Assembly: GCA_016928395.1 (NCBI GenBank)
Contig: JAFGKV010000029.1
Coordinates: 1 to 54,904 of the forward strand
Source: Candidatus Fermentibacterota bacterium
GTDB lineage: Bacteria > JAFGKV01
Reading direction: 5' to 3'
DNA length: 54,904 bases
In this document: positions 9,102-18,230 of the stretch, in pieces
Position numbering within the stretch: the stretch's first letter is position 1
Layout: each line of letters begins with the position of its first letter
Made by a program: the position numbers and the translations under genes
The notes under the pieces: model-generated
What the model was told of the DNA's origin: nothing
Seen by the model: the letters and a program-made list of their open reading frames with translations, nothing else
The model's database searches: none

Positions 9102-10931
9102 CTACTCGCAGCACGTCTCGACGAGGTCTGCGGTCCAGAGAAACTGGCGGAGGAATGCCCGCAGGACTTCCTGTCTAGTCGTACCCATGTGCTCTGAGAG
9201 CAGGTCGACGCTGGCGCTTCGTGACTGGAGCACCGCATAGAAGAGATGCTCGGGCCCCAGGAAGGTAACGCCGCAATCCTCTGCGGCTATCCTCGCGTCC
9301 TCCAGGCAGCGGCGGTAGTTCACGGTGGGAACCGGGATGGGCTGGAATGCGGTATCAGGCACGTCTCGCGAAGACGGAAGATCAGCGGGGCTGGCCCCCA
9401 CCTTCCGCAGGACTGCCTGGACGTGCTCCAGGTCTTCATCGACCAGTGCAGCCAGGAGATGTCCCGTCTCAAGCCGTTCGGCCCGCTCTGCGCGAGCCCG
9501 TCGTTCAGCACTTCTGATGACCCTCAGAGCCTCCGGATCCAGCGGCATATGCAGGGGAGTGACCGTCTGCCGAGCAGCGGCAATGTCAAGAGCGAAGACA
9601 AAAGCGTCCCGAGAGATGGGTGTTGATGAACCGACGAGCGCTTCCTCGAAGGTCAGCTTTCTCCCGCTGCTCGTCGCGTATCGATCGGTCAAGCCTGTTG
9701 GTTCGAGGAGCATGATCCCGCTCCGGGCCAGCTCGCGGTTCAATCGATCAACGTCGCTGATGACCGGCTCCACACGGGGGCTGACCGTGGTCCAGCATCC
9801 GACAACCGCGTGATACCAGCGGTGATCTCCGCGCAGCACAACCACCACCGGCTGCACATTCACATGTTCGAGTACCGAGGCGAGGAACAGCGCAAGATCG
9901 ATGCACGTACCCTCCCCCTGTCTGCCGCGCTGACCCGCCATGACCCGATGAGGAGGGCGAATCGTCTGGCTCCCGCTCTCGGATCCGGGGTCGGGCGGAA
10001 CATACTTGATGTCATACCGATCCCTCAGCGTCGTGTAGAGGGCTTTGAGTATCTCACGAATCCCGTGCCCGTTGAGGATCCGGAAACCCTGACAGGATGC
10101 CGACGCAAGCTCATGCATCTGTAGGGAGCCCATGGCCTCTGCGGCCACCGACGTCACCGAGGGATGGGCGGGTTGTACAAAACAGGCCAGACTCTTTCGG
10201 TACGCGGTATGAAGCGGCCACTCGTGAAAGCCGAGAATGTCGATTCCCTGCACAAGCGCAACTTCGTCGTCAAGGGCGACCTCCACCGTGGCCCGTCGCC
10301 GCCCCACCTGGCCTTCCAGTTGTTCATAGCGGAGACGGAGGGGTACTTCACCGAATTCTCGTGTGGATTTCCCCGGGATCTCTTCGCATGCCAGCTGGCA
10401 CGGATAGCTATAGCCGGGTATCGTGATCGTGATACGAAGGGGACCACGTACATCGGGGGAGAGGTTTTCGAGCCTAAGAGCGGTGATGACCGGGATACTG
10501 CAGTGATGCAGGCTGTAGGTAAGGGTCGGAATCATCCGCAGTCTGATGCCCATTTCATGCCACGTGGCACAGTGGACGTCAGACGGCGATATGACCCAGG
10601 TGGTCTCTCCCATCTGCACGGTGACCCCCGGCAGGATGGTGGTCGGATGCGAAATGCCCTGAATCTCGCGTCCATCGACGCGAGTGCCGCCCTTGCTCCC
10701 GGTATCTTCGACAAACCACGCGCCCCCCGTGAAGCCAAATCGTGCATGGCGGCGGCTTACCGAGGTGTCAGGAAAGAGATCGAGATCAGGGCGCCACTCA
10801 CCAGAATGCTCCCGACGCCCTATCGTGTATGAGCGGGAAGGATCGAGCGGGTATTCGCGGACTGCCGCGGGCCCGTGGAGGATGTGGAGGGTCCATCCCT
10901 GTGAACCGGCCAACGTATCCGATGAGGTCAT
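9102..10931 (-). CDS. FHA domain + transglutaminase/papain-like Cys-His domain + C-terminal Clp-N double repeat protein
   Basis: FHA: YTIGR...VSRRHA...EDTGSKGGT. Central GTCIDLALFLASVLE...HAVVGCW...LLEPT. C-terminal A+R+I+SAE..A..E...ETGHLLAAL and ...A...A...G..FLGPEHLFYAVL match Clp-N repeats. ATGA overlap with the upstream gene. Confidence 0.8.
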   Translation of the reverse strand: MTSSDTLAGSQGWTLHILHGPAAVREYPLDPSRSYTIGRREHSGEWRPDLDLFPDTSVSRRHARFGFTGGAWFVEDTGSKGGTRVDGREIQGISHPTTILPGVTVQMGETTWVISPSDVHCATWHEMGIRLRMIPTLTYSLHHCSIPVITALRLENLSPDVRGPLRITITIPGYSYPCQLACEEIPGKSTREFGEVPLRLRYEQLEGQVGRRRATVEVALDDEVALVQGIDILGFHEWPLHTAYRKSLACFVQPAHPSVTSVAAEAMGSLQMHELASASCQGFRILNGHGIREILKALYTTLRDRYDIKYVPPDPGSESGSQTIRPPHRVMAGQRGRQGEGTCIDLALFLASVLEHVNVQPVVVVLRGDHRWYHAVVGCWTTVSPRVEPVISDVDRLNRELARSGIMLLEPTGLTDRYATSSGRKLTFEEALVGSSTPISRDAFVFALDIAAARQTVTPLHMPLDPEALRVIRSAERRARAERAERLETGHLLAALVDEDLEHVQAVLRKVGASPADLPSSRDVPDTAFQPIPVPTVNYRRCLEDARIAAEDCGVTFLGPEHLFYAVLQSRSASVDLLSEHMGTTRQEVLRAFLRQFLWTADLVETCCE

Positions 10932-11629
10932 GCGGGGTTGTCCGGAGTCTTTTCTATCAACAACAGGAAGTCTCCCGACGGGATCTCCTCAAACTCTGTA
11001 AGAACGAACGCCTCACCTTCGACGGCCCGAAACGGAGCCACGTGCGCCCAGGAGCCATCTCTGGCCACCAACGCAACCAAGGGCCGGGGAACCGTAGGGA
11101 CGTCAGACTGCACGAGTGCTCTTCTTTGAGTAGGATCGAAGGTGACCTTGGTCCACTGTGGCGTCGGTGCCACAAACGCGGCCCACGGCTGGCCTCCCCC
11201 TGATCCTGCAATCGAGAACGGCACGGGGACCGGTTCGAATCGGGGAAAGCTCATGCCGTGTAAGAACTCCAAACCCTCTTGAGCGACACTCACCGCGTGT
11301 GTCGATGCATCGAGAAAAACGGAGAGGGCTGTGCCGACGCTCTCGGTGATGTGCGCCGCCCACTGTGCCAGCCGTTCGCGCAAATCAGGGGAGGCCGGGG
11401 CTCTGCTCAGCGCATAGCGAAGGCGTGCAACCTGGAACTCCTCGGCATGCGTTGTGACCGTCCAGGTTTCCCAAATCTGATCGAAGTTGCCCCGTACCGA
11501 CAGAAGAGCCTTCACACGCTCGGCACAGTGCTGGCAGGTAGCCAGGTGGATCTCCACGTCAAGGCATGTGTCATGATCCAGCTCATCGACGGCATAGGCA
11601 CGCAACTGGTCAGAGTTTAGGTGATCCAT
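10928..11629 (-). CDS. Soluble zinc-binding (zf-HC2/ZAS) anti-sigma-like protein
   Basis: N-terminal H-L...L.AY..DELD...VE.HLATCQHC (HxxxCxxC). It starts 2 nt after the sigma stop and has no TM segment. Confidence 0.85.
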   Translation of the reverse strand: MDHLNSDQLRAYAVDELDHDTCLDVEIHLATCQHCAERVKALLSVRGNFDQIWETWTVTTHAEEFQVARLRYALSRAPASPDLRERLAQWAAHITESVGTALSVFLDASTHAVSVAQEGLEFLHGMSFPRFEPVPVPFSIAGSGGGQPWAAFVAPTPQWTKVTFDPTQRRALVQSDVPTVPRPLVALVARDGSWAHVAPFRAVEGEAFVLTEFEEIPSGDFLLLIEKTPDNPA

Positions 11630-11631
11630 CT

Positions 11632-12468
11632 TCAGTTTCCTCGCTGACGTGGGCGCGATTGCCCGTGTGTCTCAATGTTCGTCGCAGCGATGAGTTTTCT
11701 CGTACAGGTTCTTACCCGGTCACACCAATCGCTTATGTTTGCTGCCGGATCACCCCCGAAAAAGACCTTCAGCGCAAGGCTTCCGACCGCCAGCTCGGAA
11801 CTCATACCCCGATCATCGTATTCGCGCTCGCCATACACCTCAACTGCGGGGGAATCCATGACAGCCAGGAGCGGAGCGCAAAATGTGCTGTGGAAGGTTC
11901 TCTGTGACATGTAGTGCTCGAGAGGTGCGTAATAGGACTCGAGAAACTCATCCGTCAGGCTCATGAGGGACGACTCGGCCCGCTCCTTGACTATCTCCCG
12001 AGGCCGCCATTGGAGAAGCTTCACAAAGCCGAACATGAGAATCTGATGCGGTTTGGCGCCGCAGACGAACACGAGCCTCAGCAGTTCAAGCCGCTCTAAC
12101 GGCTCATGGAAGGAGCGAGTCTCAGCCGCGAGACTCCGAATCCGGTGGCTCTGTTCGGATAGGCGGCTATCCGCTCTCGCACGATGCCGCCAATAGTCCT
12201 GTACCACATGAAGCGCCACATTCCGCAGGAGCGTGTAGAGACGGTATTGCCGGTCAAACAGCCCTTGGTCCAGGCTTCGACGTGCCCGGATGAAGCACTC
12301 CTGCGCAAGATCCTCTGCGTCTTCGGTAACCCCTATCCGCCCGGCGATGAACCCCCGAACGGGCAGGAGAAAGGCGTTGTAGAGAATCCCCCACGCCTCA
12401 GGATCGCCGGCGATAGCCGCCTCGACCAGCGCCAGTTCTTCACTCTCGGCAAGGAATCGTCTCTCCAT
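11632..12468 (-). CDS. ECF-type RNA polymerase sigma factor with atypical region 4
   Basis: Region 2: AGDPEAW..LY, EDAEDLAQECFIRA, L..VA....DYWR. Region 4 is split into PHQILMF....QWRPREIV and PAANISDWCDRVR. Start placed at ATG 12468 (AGGTGA RBS). Confidence 0.85.
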   Translation of the reverse strand: MERRFLAESEELALVEAAIAGDPEAWGILYNAFLLPVRGFIAGRIGVTEDAEDLAQECFIRARRSLDQGLFDRQYRLYTLLRNVALHVVQDYWRHRARADSRLSEQSHRIRSLAAETRSFHEPLERLELLRLVFVCGAKPHQILMFGFVKLLQWRPREIVKERAESSLMSLTDEFLESYYAPLEHYMSQRTFHSTFCAPLLAVMDSPAVEVYGEREYDDRGMSSELAVGSLALKVFFGGDPAANISDWCDRVRTCTRKLIAATNIETHGQSRPRQRGN

Positions 12469-13166
12469 GCTCTTCACCTGCCTCGGTGCCCCTCTGTGTC
12501 GGATCCTCACTGCGCGATCGTGCCCATCGCCCGGCAATGACTGTTCCAGGTTCTCGAGCAACCGGCATAGACCCCATCTGCTTACTCCGCCATGGCTGCG
12601 CGCCGAGCGCACACAAGAACAAGGGTGGGCTCCTCGAGCCATGACGTGCAATGATCATCTCAAACTACCTCCTCTTGGATGGAACCACACTGAAAAACGT
12701 CCACGACTCGGCACCATCGAGTGGCACCTCTACCGCACAGCACGACCACGTCTCGTAGATCCCCGAGAGTAGAGTGTTTGCCGTCCCCGCGCTCTGTGAG
12801 AACCGAGTGGTCGCGTATCATGCGGGTTTCTTGCCCTCGGCCGGTCTCCGTATGGGGGAATGAGGAGGTCGGCATCTCTCTCCTGTTTTCCTCCCTAGGG
12901 AAACCATGCGGGGATCCAGAGTCCCATCGACCGCGCCGGGCCGTGACCCGTGGCGACATGACCACAAGAATGTGCCACGTGGCCTTGGACGGCCGGGCAG
13001 TAACATGAGGCTCTCGAATGTCCCCCGAACCGGTGGCCAGCATGACCTGAGCGGCCTCCTGGAGAACTTCACAGGCAGTCACCCTCCTTCAATCGCCGTC
13101 ACTTGCGCGAACCCCGCTTTGCAGTTTTCTACCTCGCGGACGGATTGGCCTGACAAAGGAGATGTG

Positions 13167-15470
13167 ATGGCACATCAACAGAGAGAGTCTGGATGGCATG
13201 TTGTGCTGACACGAGGCCGGAGTGCGCTCAAGTTCTCGGCTCTGGTCTGTATGACCCTGGCATGCACCCGCCCAACTTTGGGCGTTCTCAGTCTTCTTGA
13301 TCAAATACCGGAGGAGGAGCCAGCGGGTCCCTGGACCGCCGTGGCATTCGTCAGGGAGCGGGGCGGTCCTCTCGCTGAAGAGCCGGCTGTGCTTCCATCG
13401 AATCTCAGTGCGCACAGAATTCGTCTGACGTCTCGCGAGGGTCTTCATCTTCCATCGGGCGGAATGATTCTCGCCCGCACCGCCTATCAGCGCCGATGGG
13501 GAGAAGGGCAGGTAGCGGAGTTGGCGGTGCGTCGAGGGGACTCTATCGTGGCAACAAGGGAAGCACCCTTGGGACCAAGCTGGCAGGAGTTCCGTCTTCA
13601 CATTCCACGGGATGGCGCCGACGCGCTGGAACTTCGGTGCAGTGTGCCGCCGGGCACTGAAGTTCCACCCTTCAGTCTTGTCGCCGTGGCCATGGAGCCC
13701 AGCGCTTCTCCGGCTGAGGTGCGCCGTGCCTCGTCACTTCTGGCCTGGGCTGCTCGTCAGTCCATATACATGACGCCCACACTTCTGAAGTGGAAGCGGT
13801 TTCATCTCGCCCTCGAAGCCGGAAGCTCGGAGATCGTCACCATGGCTGGCGGCGACACCCTCGCTTTCGACATCCCGACGCCCTTTTGCGGGGGCACTCT
13901 TAAGTTCGCGGCGATCGAACTGAAGATGGAGACGGGAACGGAGGCAGTTCTCCATCTCGAGGTACACAATCGCGACCGGTGGGAGCGCATGGCAGACTGG
14001 GCAATGGAGGATCGGCGACGAGAGGTATCACAGCGTCAGAGCTTCGACCTTCCGGTGATTGGCGACAAGATCCGCTTCACACTGACAGGCAAGGATGAGC
14101 TCATCGGTCTCGCCACGCCGATGGTCCTGCCGCGGCATGCCTCGGGCGCGGGCAAGAACCTTGTTGTGATCGTGCTGGATACGATGCGTGCCGATCGGCT
14201 GGGTTTCTATGGATACGAGACACGCCCTACTTCCCAGGCCCTTGACTCGCTTCTGGATGCCAGGGGCTTCTCGATCTTCCACGCCGCATCCTCCGGAGGG
14301 CCGAACACCCTATCGGCAACCCCGAAGTTCCTCGCCTCTCGATACTTGAACATCCATGAACCAGAGAGCGTCCCGCGCGGCAATCTGATGCTGGCGGAGA
14401 TGCTCAGGAGCCATGGCTACTACTGCGCTGCATTCACCGGTGGCGGGGTACTCCAGTGCCCGGGATTCGATCAGGGCTTTCACGAGTTTCACACGGCGCG
14501 CGGCCCGGGCAAAGTCGAGGAAGTATTCCCTCCCGCGCGAGTGTGGCTGGAGACCAACCCCACTCGCCCGTTCTTCCTGTTTGTCCACACCTATGAACCC
14601 CATACACCCTATACCCGCGACCTCTTCTGCCGGCATCTTCCCCATGGCGGATTGGGCGATATCTCCAAAGGAGAGCTACTCATGGATGGAACCGCTGGGG
14701 CGCGGGATGTCGTGGGTGACATCATGGAGCTGTCTTTTGAGGAAAGCCTGTATGTCGAAGCGGCATACGACGGCGGAGTGAGAGTCGCCACCGACGCTGC
14801 TGTCGAGCTGCTGACATTGCTGGACCGCCTCGGCCTCTGGGAGAACACGGTTGTCGTCATCCTGAGCGATCACGGGGAAGAATTCTGGGAGCATACCGGG
14901 TCGTATGCGCATCACTCCTCGTGGTCTGTCTACAATGAACTGCTGCACGTACCGTTCGCGTTGCGGGAGGCCGGCTCCGATGGGGGTAAGGCCCGCCACA
15001 TCCATCAGAACGTGAGTACCGTCGATCTAATGCCTACAGTCGTGGAGCTGTTGAGACTCCCGTCCGTACATCCCATGGATGGGGCCAGTCTCGCTCCCGC
15101 GCTGAGAGGCACGCCGGTGAAGAGAGCCATACCGATACTGGCAACCAGCAGTCCTCGCGGCGCAAGCCCGCGGGTATGCGTGATCAAGGATCGGATGAAG
15201 TACTGCGCACCGGACAGCGCGGGCCGCGGCCCCGAGCTGTATGATCTTCAGGCCGATCCTCGCGAGCTTCGCGACCTCGTACAGAAGGATTCGGCACGGA
15301 CACGGGAGATGGAGTTGCTGCTTCAGGCCGGAATACGGGCCGCTGCCAAACCGATGGCCTCTGAACCGGCCGGTGCATATGAACTCCCGGATGGGTTGAG
15401 GGCCCAGCTCGAGCTTCTCGGGTATCTCATTCCTGAGGAGCGCCGCGAAGGTCGAGACCGGGGAAGGTGA
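13167..15470 (+). CDS. Exported sulfatase/alkaline-phosphatase-superfamily protein with long N-terminal extension
   Basis: Motifs KNLVVIVLDTMRAD, FLFVHTYEPHTPY, SDHGEEFWEH, LHVPF, VSTVDLMPT, ELYDLQADPRE and QLELLGY. AAAGGAG RBS before GTG/ATG 13164/13167. Confidence 0.88.
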   Translation: MAHQQRESGWHVVLTRGRSALKFSALVCMTLACTRPTLGVLSLLDQIPEEEPAGPWTAVAFVRERGGPLAEEPAVLPSNLSAHRIRLTSREGLHLPSGGMILARTAYQRRWGEGQVAELAVRRGDSIVATREAPLGPSWQEFRLHIPRDGADALELRCSVPPGTEVPPFSLVAVAMEPSASPAEVRRASSLLAWAARQSIYMTPTLLKWKRFHLALEAGSSEIVTMAGGDTLAFDIPTPFCGGTLKFAAIELKMETGTEAVLHLEVHNRDRWERMADWAMEDRRREVSQRQSFDLPVIGDKIRFTLTGKDELIGLATPMVLPRHASGAGKNLVVIVLDTMRADRLGFYGYETRPTSQALDSLLDARGFSIFHAASSGGPNTLSATPKFLASRYLNIHEPESVPRGNLMLAEMLRSHGYYCAAFTGGGVLQCPGFDQGFHEFHTARGPGKVEEVFPPARVWLETNPTRPFFLFVHTYEPHTPYTRDLFCRHLPHGGLGDISKGELLMDGTAGARDVVGDIMELSFEESLYVEAAYDGGVRVATDAAVELLTLLDRLGLWENTVVVILSDHGEEFWEHTGSYAHHSSWSVYNELLHVPFALREAGSDGGKARHIHQNVSTVDLMPTVVELLRLPSVHPMDGASLAPALRGTPVKRAIPILATSSPRGASPRVCVIKDRMKYCAPDSAGRGPELYDLQADPRELRDLVQKDSARTREMELLLQAGIRAAAKPMASEPAGAYELPDGLRAQLELLGYLIPEERREGRDRGR

Positions 15471-15879
15471 GCGATCGCAGGCGGTTGTGGCGTTCCTTTG
15501 CAGACCGCCTTCCCGTATGAAGACAGAGGAGAGTGTCGGCTGCCCCTGTTCGAGAGCACGGGGGTCTGCCATTCTGTCAAAATCACACTAGCGAACCATG
15601 GCGTGCCACGATACCGAAAGCGATACCGATTCCGAGCCTCTTCTGCGGGCGACGGGAGATGGTCGCCCCTTCGACGGCGAAGTGTCATCGCCCATGCTCT
15701 CAACCCGAAAAATCCGACGGCCCCCCGCGCTCCGAGAGACCCGGCCGAACCTCAAACCCCGCCACCTGAGTGGCGTGGTGCAGCTCGCACGCAGTTCTTC
15801 CTTGACGAAACCACCCAAATTGCTTCTCACTTTCAGCACCTAGATGGCTTGAGCGATACGAGCGGGAGAGGAAACACAC

Positions 15880-17820
15880 GTGCCGCGTAGACCGACCCCC
15901 CAGGTGCGGCGGGTTGACCGCCCATGCGCCCCCGTGTTCGCCGTGCCGCTGAATCGGCGTCACGAGGCCTTCACCCTTGGTGTGGCCCTGCTGCTGTGCC
16001 TGGCGCTGTGCGGGGCCTACCTGGCCCAAGCGCGGCAGATAACTGAGAGTTTCGGCTTCCCTCTGGACGACGCCTGGATTCACCTCACCTTCGCCCGGAA
16101 TCTGGCTGTGCACGGCTCCTTCGCCTACTACCCGGGCGACCCGCCCGTGGCCGGCTCCACAGCGCCCCTCTACACGGGCCTTCTGGCCGCGCTGTATGGG
16201 ACATGGCACAACGAGTTCATCATCAGCTACATCCTGGGAATCGCCGCGCTGATCGCCGGGATGTTCCTCTTTTATGCCCTGGCCAGACGGGAATTCGCCA
16301 GCGGGCCGTGGAGTGCACTGGCCGCGACGCTGCTCTTCGCCACCCAGCCGCGCCTGATACTCCTTGCGCTCTCCGGCATGGAAACGACCCTGTTCATCGC
16401 CTTGATACTCGCGGCCCTCCTCGCCTACCGTTCGGGCCATTCCGTCCTACTGGGCGTCTGCTTGGGCCTGGTGCTCTGGTGCCGCCCCGACGGGCTTGTG
16501 CTGTGGCTGGCCATCGGCGCAGACTGGGCCGTCCGGCGACTGAACGGCGGGCACCATGATGAAGACCAATGGCGTATCCGGCCGATAATCCAGGCCTTCG
16601 TCGTCGCTCTGCTCTTCGCTGCTGGGTACGCGGCATACAACTGGGCCCTCTCCGGATCCCCTCTACCCACCACCTTCGGCGCCAAGGGTGTGTACTACCG
16701 CGCCACCATGACCCGCGGGCACTTCCTCACCGTGGAAGTTGCCGACGCATTCGGCCGGGGAGAGCTGTCAATCCTGTGGGTCTTCGGGGCACTCGCGCTG
16801 ATCACGACTCTGTGGAACGTATTCGAGGGGAGGCCTACACCCTGGCTGGTGCACGCCCTCTTCGTACTGGGGTTGGTGACGGCCTACTACGTGGTTCTGC
16901 CCTTTGCTCATCGTTTCGGCCGATACCTCATGCCTGCGTTGCCGTCATGCCTGTTGATGGCATGCGGTGCGGTCTACGATCTGGCGTGGCTGGCCGCCCG
17001 GAAGGGCCGGAGGACATGCGTGGTTGTTCGCTGGGCGCCTGCCGGAATCCTCGCCCTGCTCCTGGTTCAGTGGGTCGTGGGTGCCCGGCATTTCGCCGCG
17101 GTGTATGCCGCGTGTTGCGCCTATCATGACACCCATCATGTCGCGACTGCCCGCTGGCTGGCGCAGAACACGCCGGAGGATGCCCGAATCGCAACCCACG
17201 ACATCGGGGCCCTCGCGTTCTACAGCGGACGGAGGATTGTGGACATGGCAGGCATCGTCAGCCCCGAGGTCATCGCGCACATCGGCACGCCTGACTACAC
17301 GGCCTATCTGGATGAATTCCTCATCCGCTCTGGGGCTACCCACACGGTCACTCTGGGTGACTGGTTCGTGCCGGCCAACTCGCCGCGGCTGTACGTCCCA
17401 TCACCGGAACCAGAAATCCTGACGGTGCATTCCTTCCTTCCCGGCATTACCCATATCGAGCTTCCCATCGTCGCCTCGCTCATCGCCCAGGCAGGGAACC
17501 TGCTGGACCGGGGCAAACCCCATGAGGCCCTGGGACTGCTCCAGGAGATCTTCCGTCGGGACACTCGCTCGTCCCGTGCCCACCTCTTGGTGGGAGCGGC
17601 CCATGCGATGCTCGGGGATGATGCCCTCGCGCGGCAGATGCTCCACCGATCGCTGGAGCTGTATCCCGGCAGTGCCCTGGCCCACTTCGAACTGGCCCGC
17701 CTTGACCTGCGGGCCGGCGCCGCTGCGGAGGCTGCGGGCCGCCTACGCGCGAGCCTGAAGCTCGACCCGTCGTTCTCCCCCGCCCAAGAGCTCCTGGCGG
17801 AGATCGAGGCGCACAACTGA
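15880..17820 (+). CDS. Polytopic GT-C-type glycosyltransferase with C-terminal TPR repeats
   Basis: LDDAWIHLTFARNL, STAPLY, SGMET, RPDG, RYLMP and DIGALAFYS..IVDMAGIVSP; many TM helices; about 3 TPRs at the C-terminus. GAGG RBS before GTG. Confidence 0.8.
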   Translation: MPRRPTPQVRRVDRPCAPVFAVPLNRRHEAFTLGVALLLCLALCGAYLAQARQITESFGFPLDDAWIHLTFARNLAVHGSFAYYPGDPPVAGSTAPLYTGLLAALYGTWHNEFIISYILGIAALIAGMFLFYALARREFASGPWSALAATLLFATQPRLILLALSGMETTLFIALILAALLAYRSGHSVLLGVCLGLVLWCRPDGLVLWLAIGADWAVRRLNGGHHDEDQWRIRPIIQAFVVALLFAAGYAAYNWALSGSPLPTTFGAKGVYYRATMTRGHFLTVEVADAFGRGELSILWVFGALALITTLWNVFEGRPTPWLVHALFVLGLVTAYYVVLPFAHRFGRYLMPALPSCLLMACGAVYDLAWLAARKGRRTCVVVRWAPAGILALLLVQWVVGARHFAAVYAACCAYHDTHHVATARWLAQNTPEDARIATHDIGALAFYSGRRIVDMAGIVSPEVIAHIGTPDYTAYLDEFLIRSGATHTVTLGDWFVPANSPRLYVPSPEPEILTVHSFLPGITHIELPIVASLIAQAGNLLDRGKPHEALGLLQEIFRRDTRSSRAHLLVGAAHAMLGDDALARQMLHRSLELYPGSALAHFELARLDLRAGAAAEAAGRLRASLKLDPSFSPAQELLAEIEAHN

Positions 17821-18169
17821 GCCTCGTGCGGATCCCTTTCAGGGTTTCCGTGAGGAAGAACTCAGAATCCGGGATCCAGGAGTTTGAGTACCACAACAGC
17901 CTACCATTCAAGCCCTGAAAATGCGGCATTCTGACTGAGTGCTGGCTTCTGTCTCCCGAAGATCGTGAAAGCCCTTGACCCACAGAGCGGCAAGCAGGCG
18001 GGAGGGCACAGAGACCCTTGACACCGACGAACTCGTGCGACTCCGATTTCGAGTCATCACCGCCTGCATGGTGGTTCTCGGAGCGGCTGGTGCCCTGACC
18101 GATTCATACTCGGACGACGCGTCACGAGAACCATGAACCGCCAGAACCGAAGAGGGTCATGACCGGCGC

Positions 18170-18216
18170 TTGACACAACAGGAATCGTTCCTATTATGCT
18201 TTCTGAATAGTTCCTA
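18170..18216 (+). promoter_or_regulatory. Sigma70-like promoter with overlapping Fur-family-type operator boxes
   Basis: TTGACA (18170-18175)-16 nt-TATTAT (18192-18197). Inverted repeat AGGAA-TCG-TTCCT (18180-18192) and a second copy GAATAGTTCCT (18205-18215). Confidence 0.6.
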
Positions 18217-18230
18217 CATCGGAGGAGTTC

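Noticed and set aside
12960-13100. Possible receiver-domain remnant (QVMLATGSGD) on the minus strand
   Set aside because: The resemblance is too short to support without a search.
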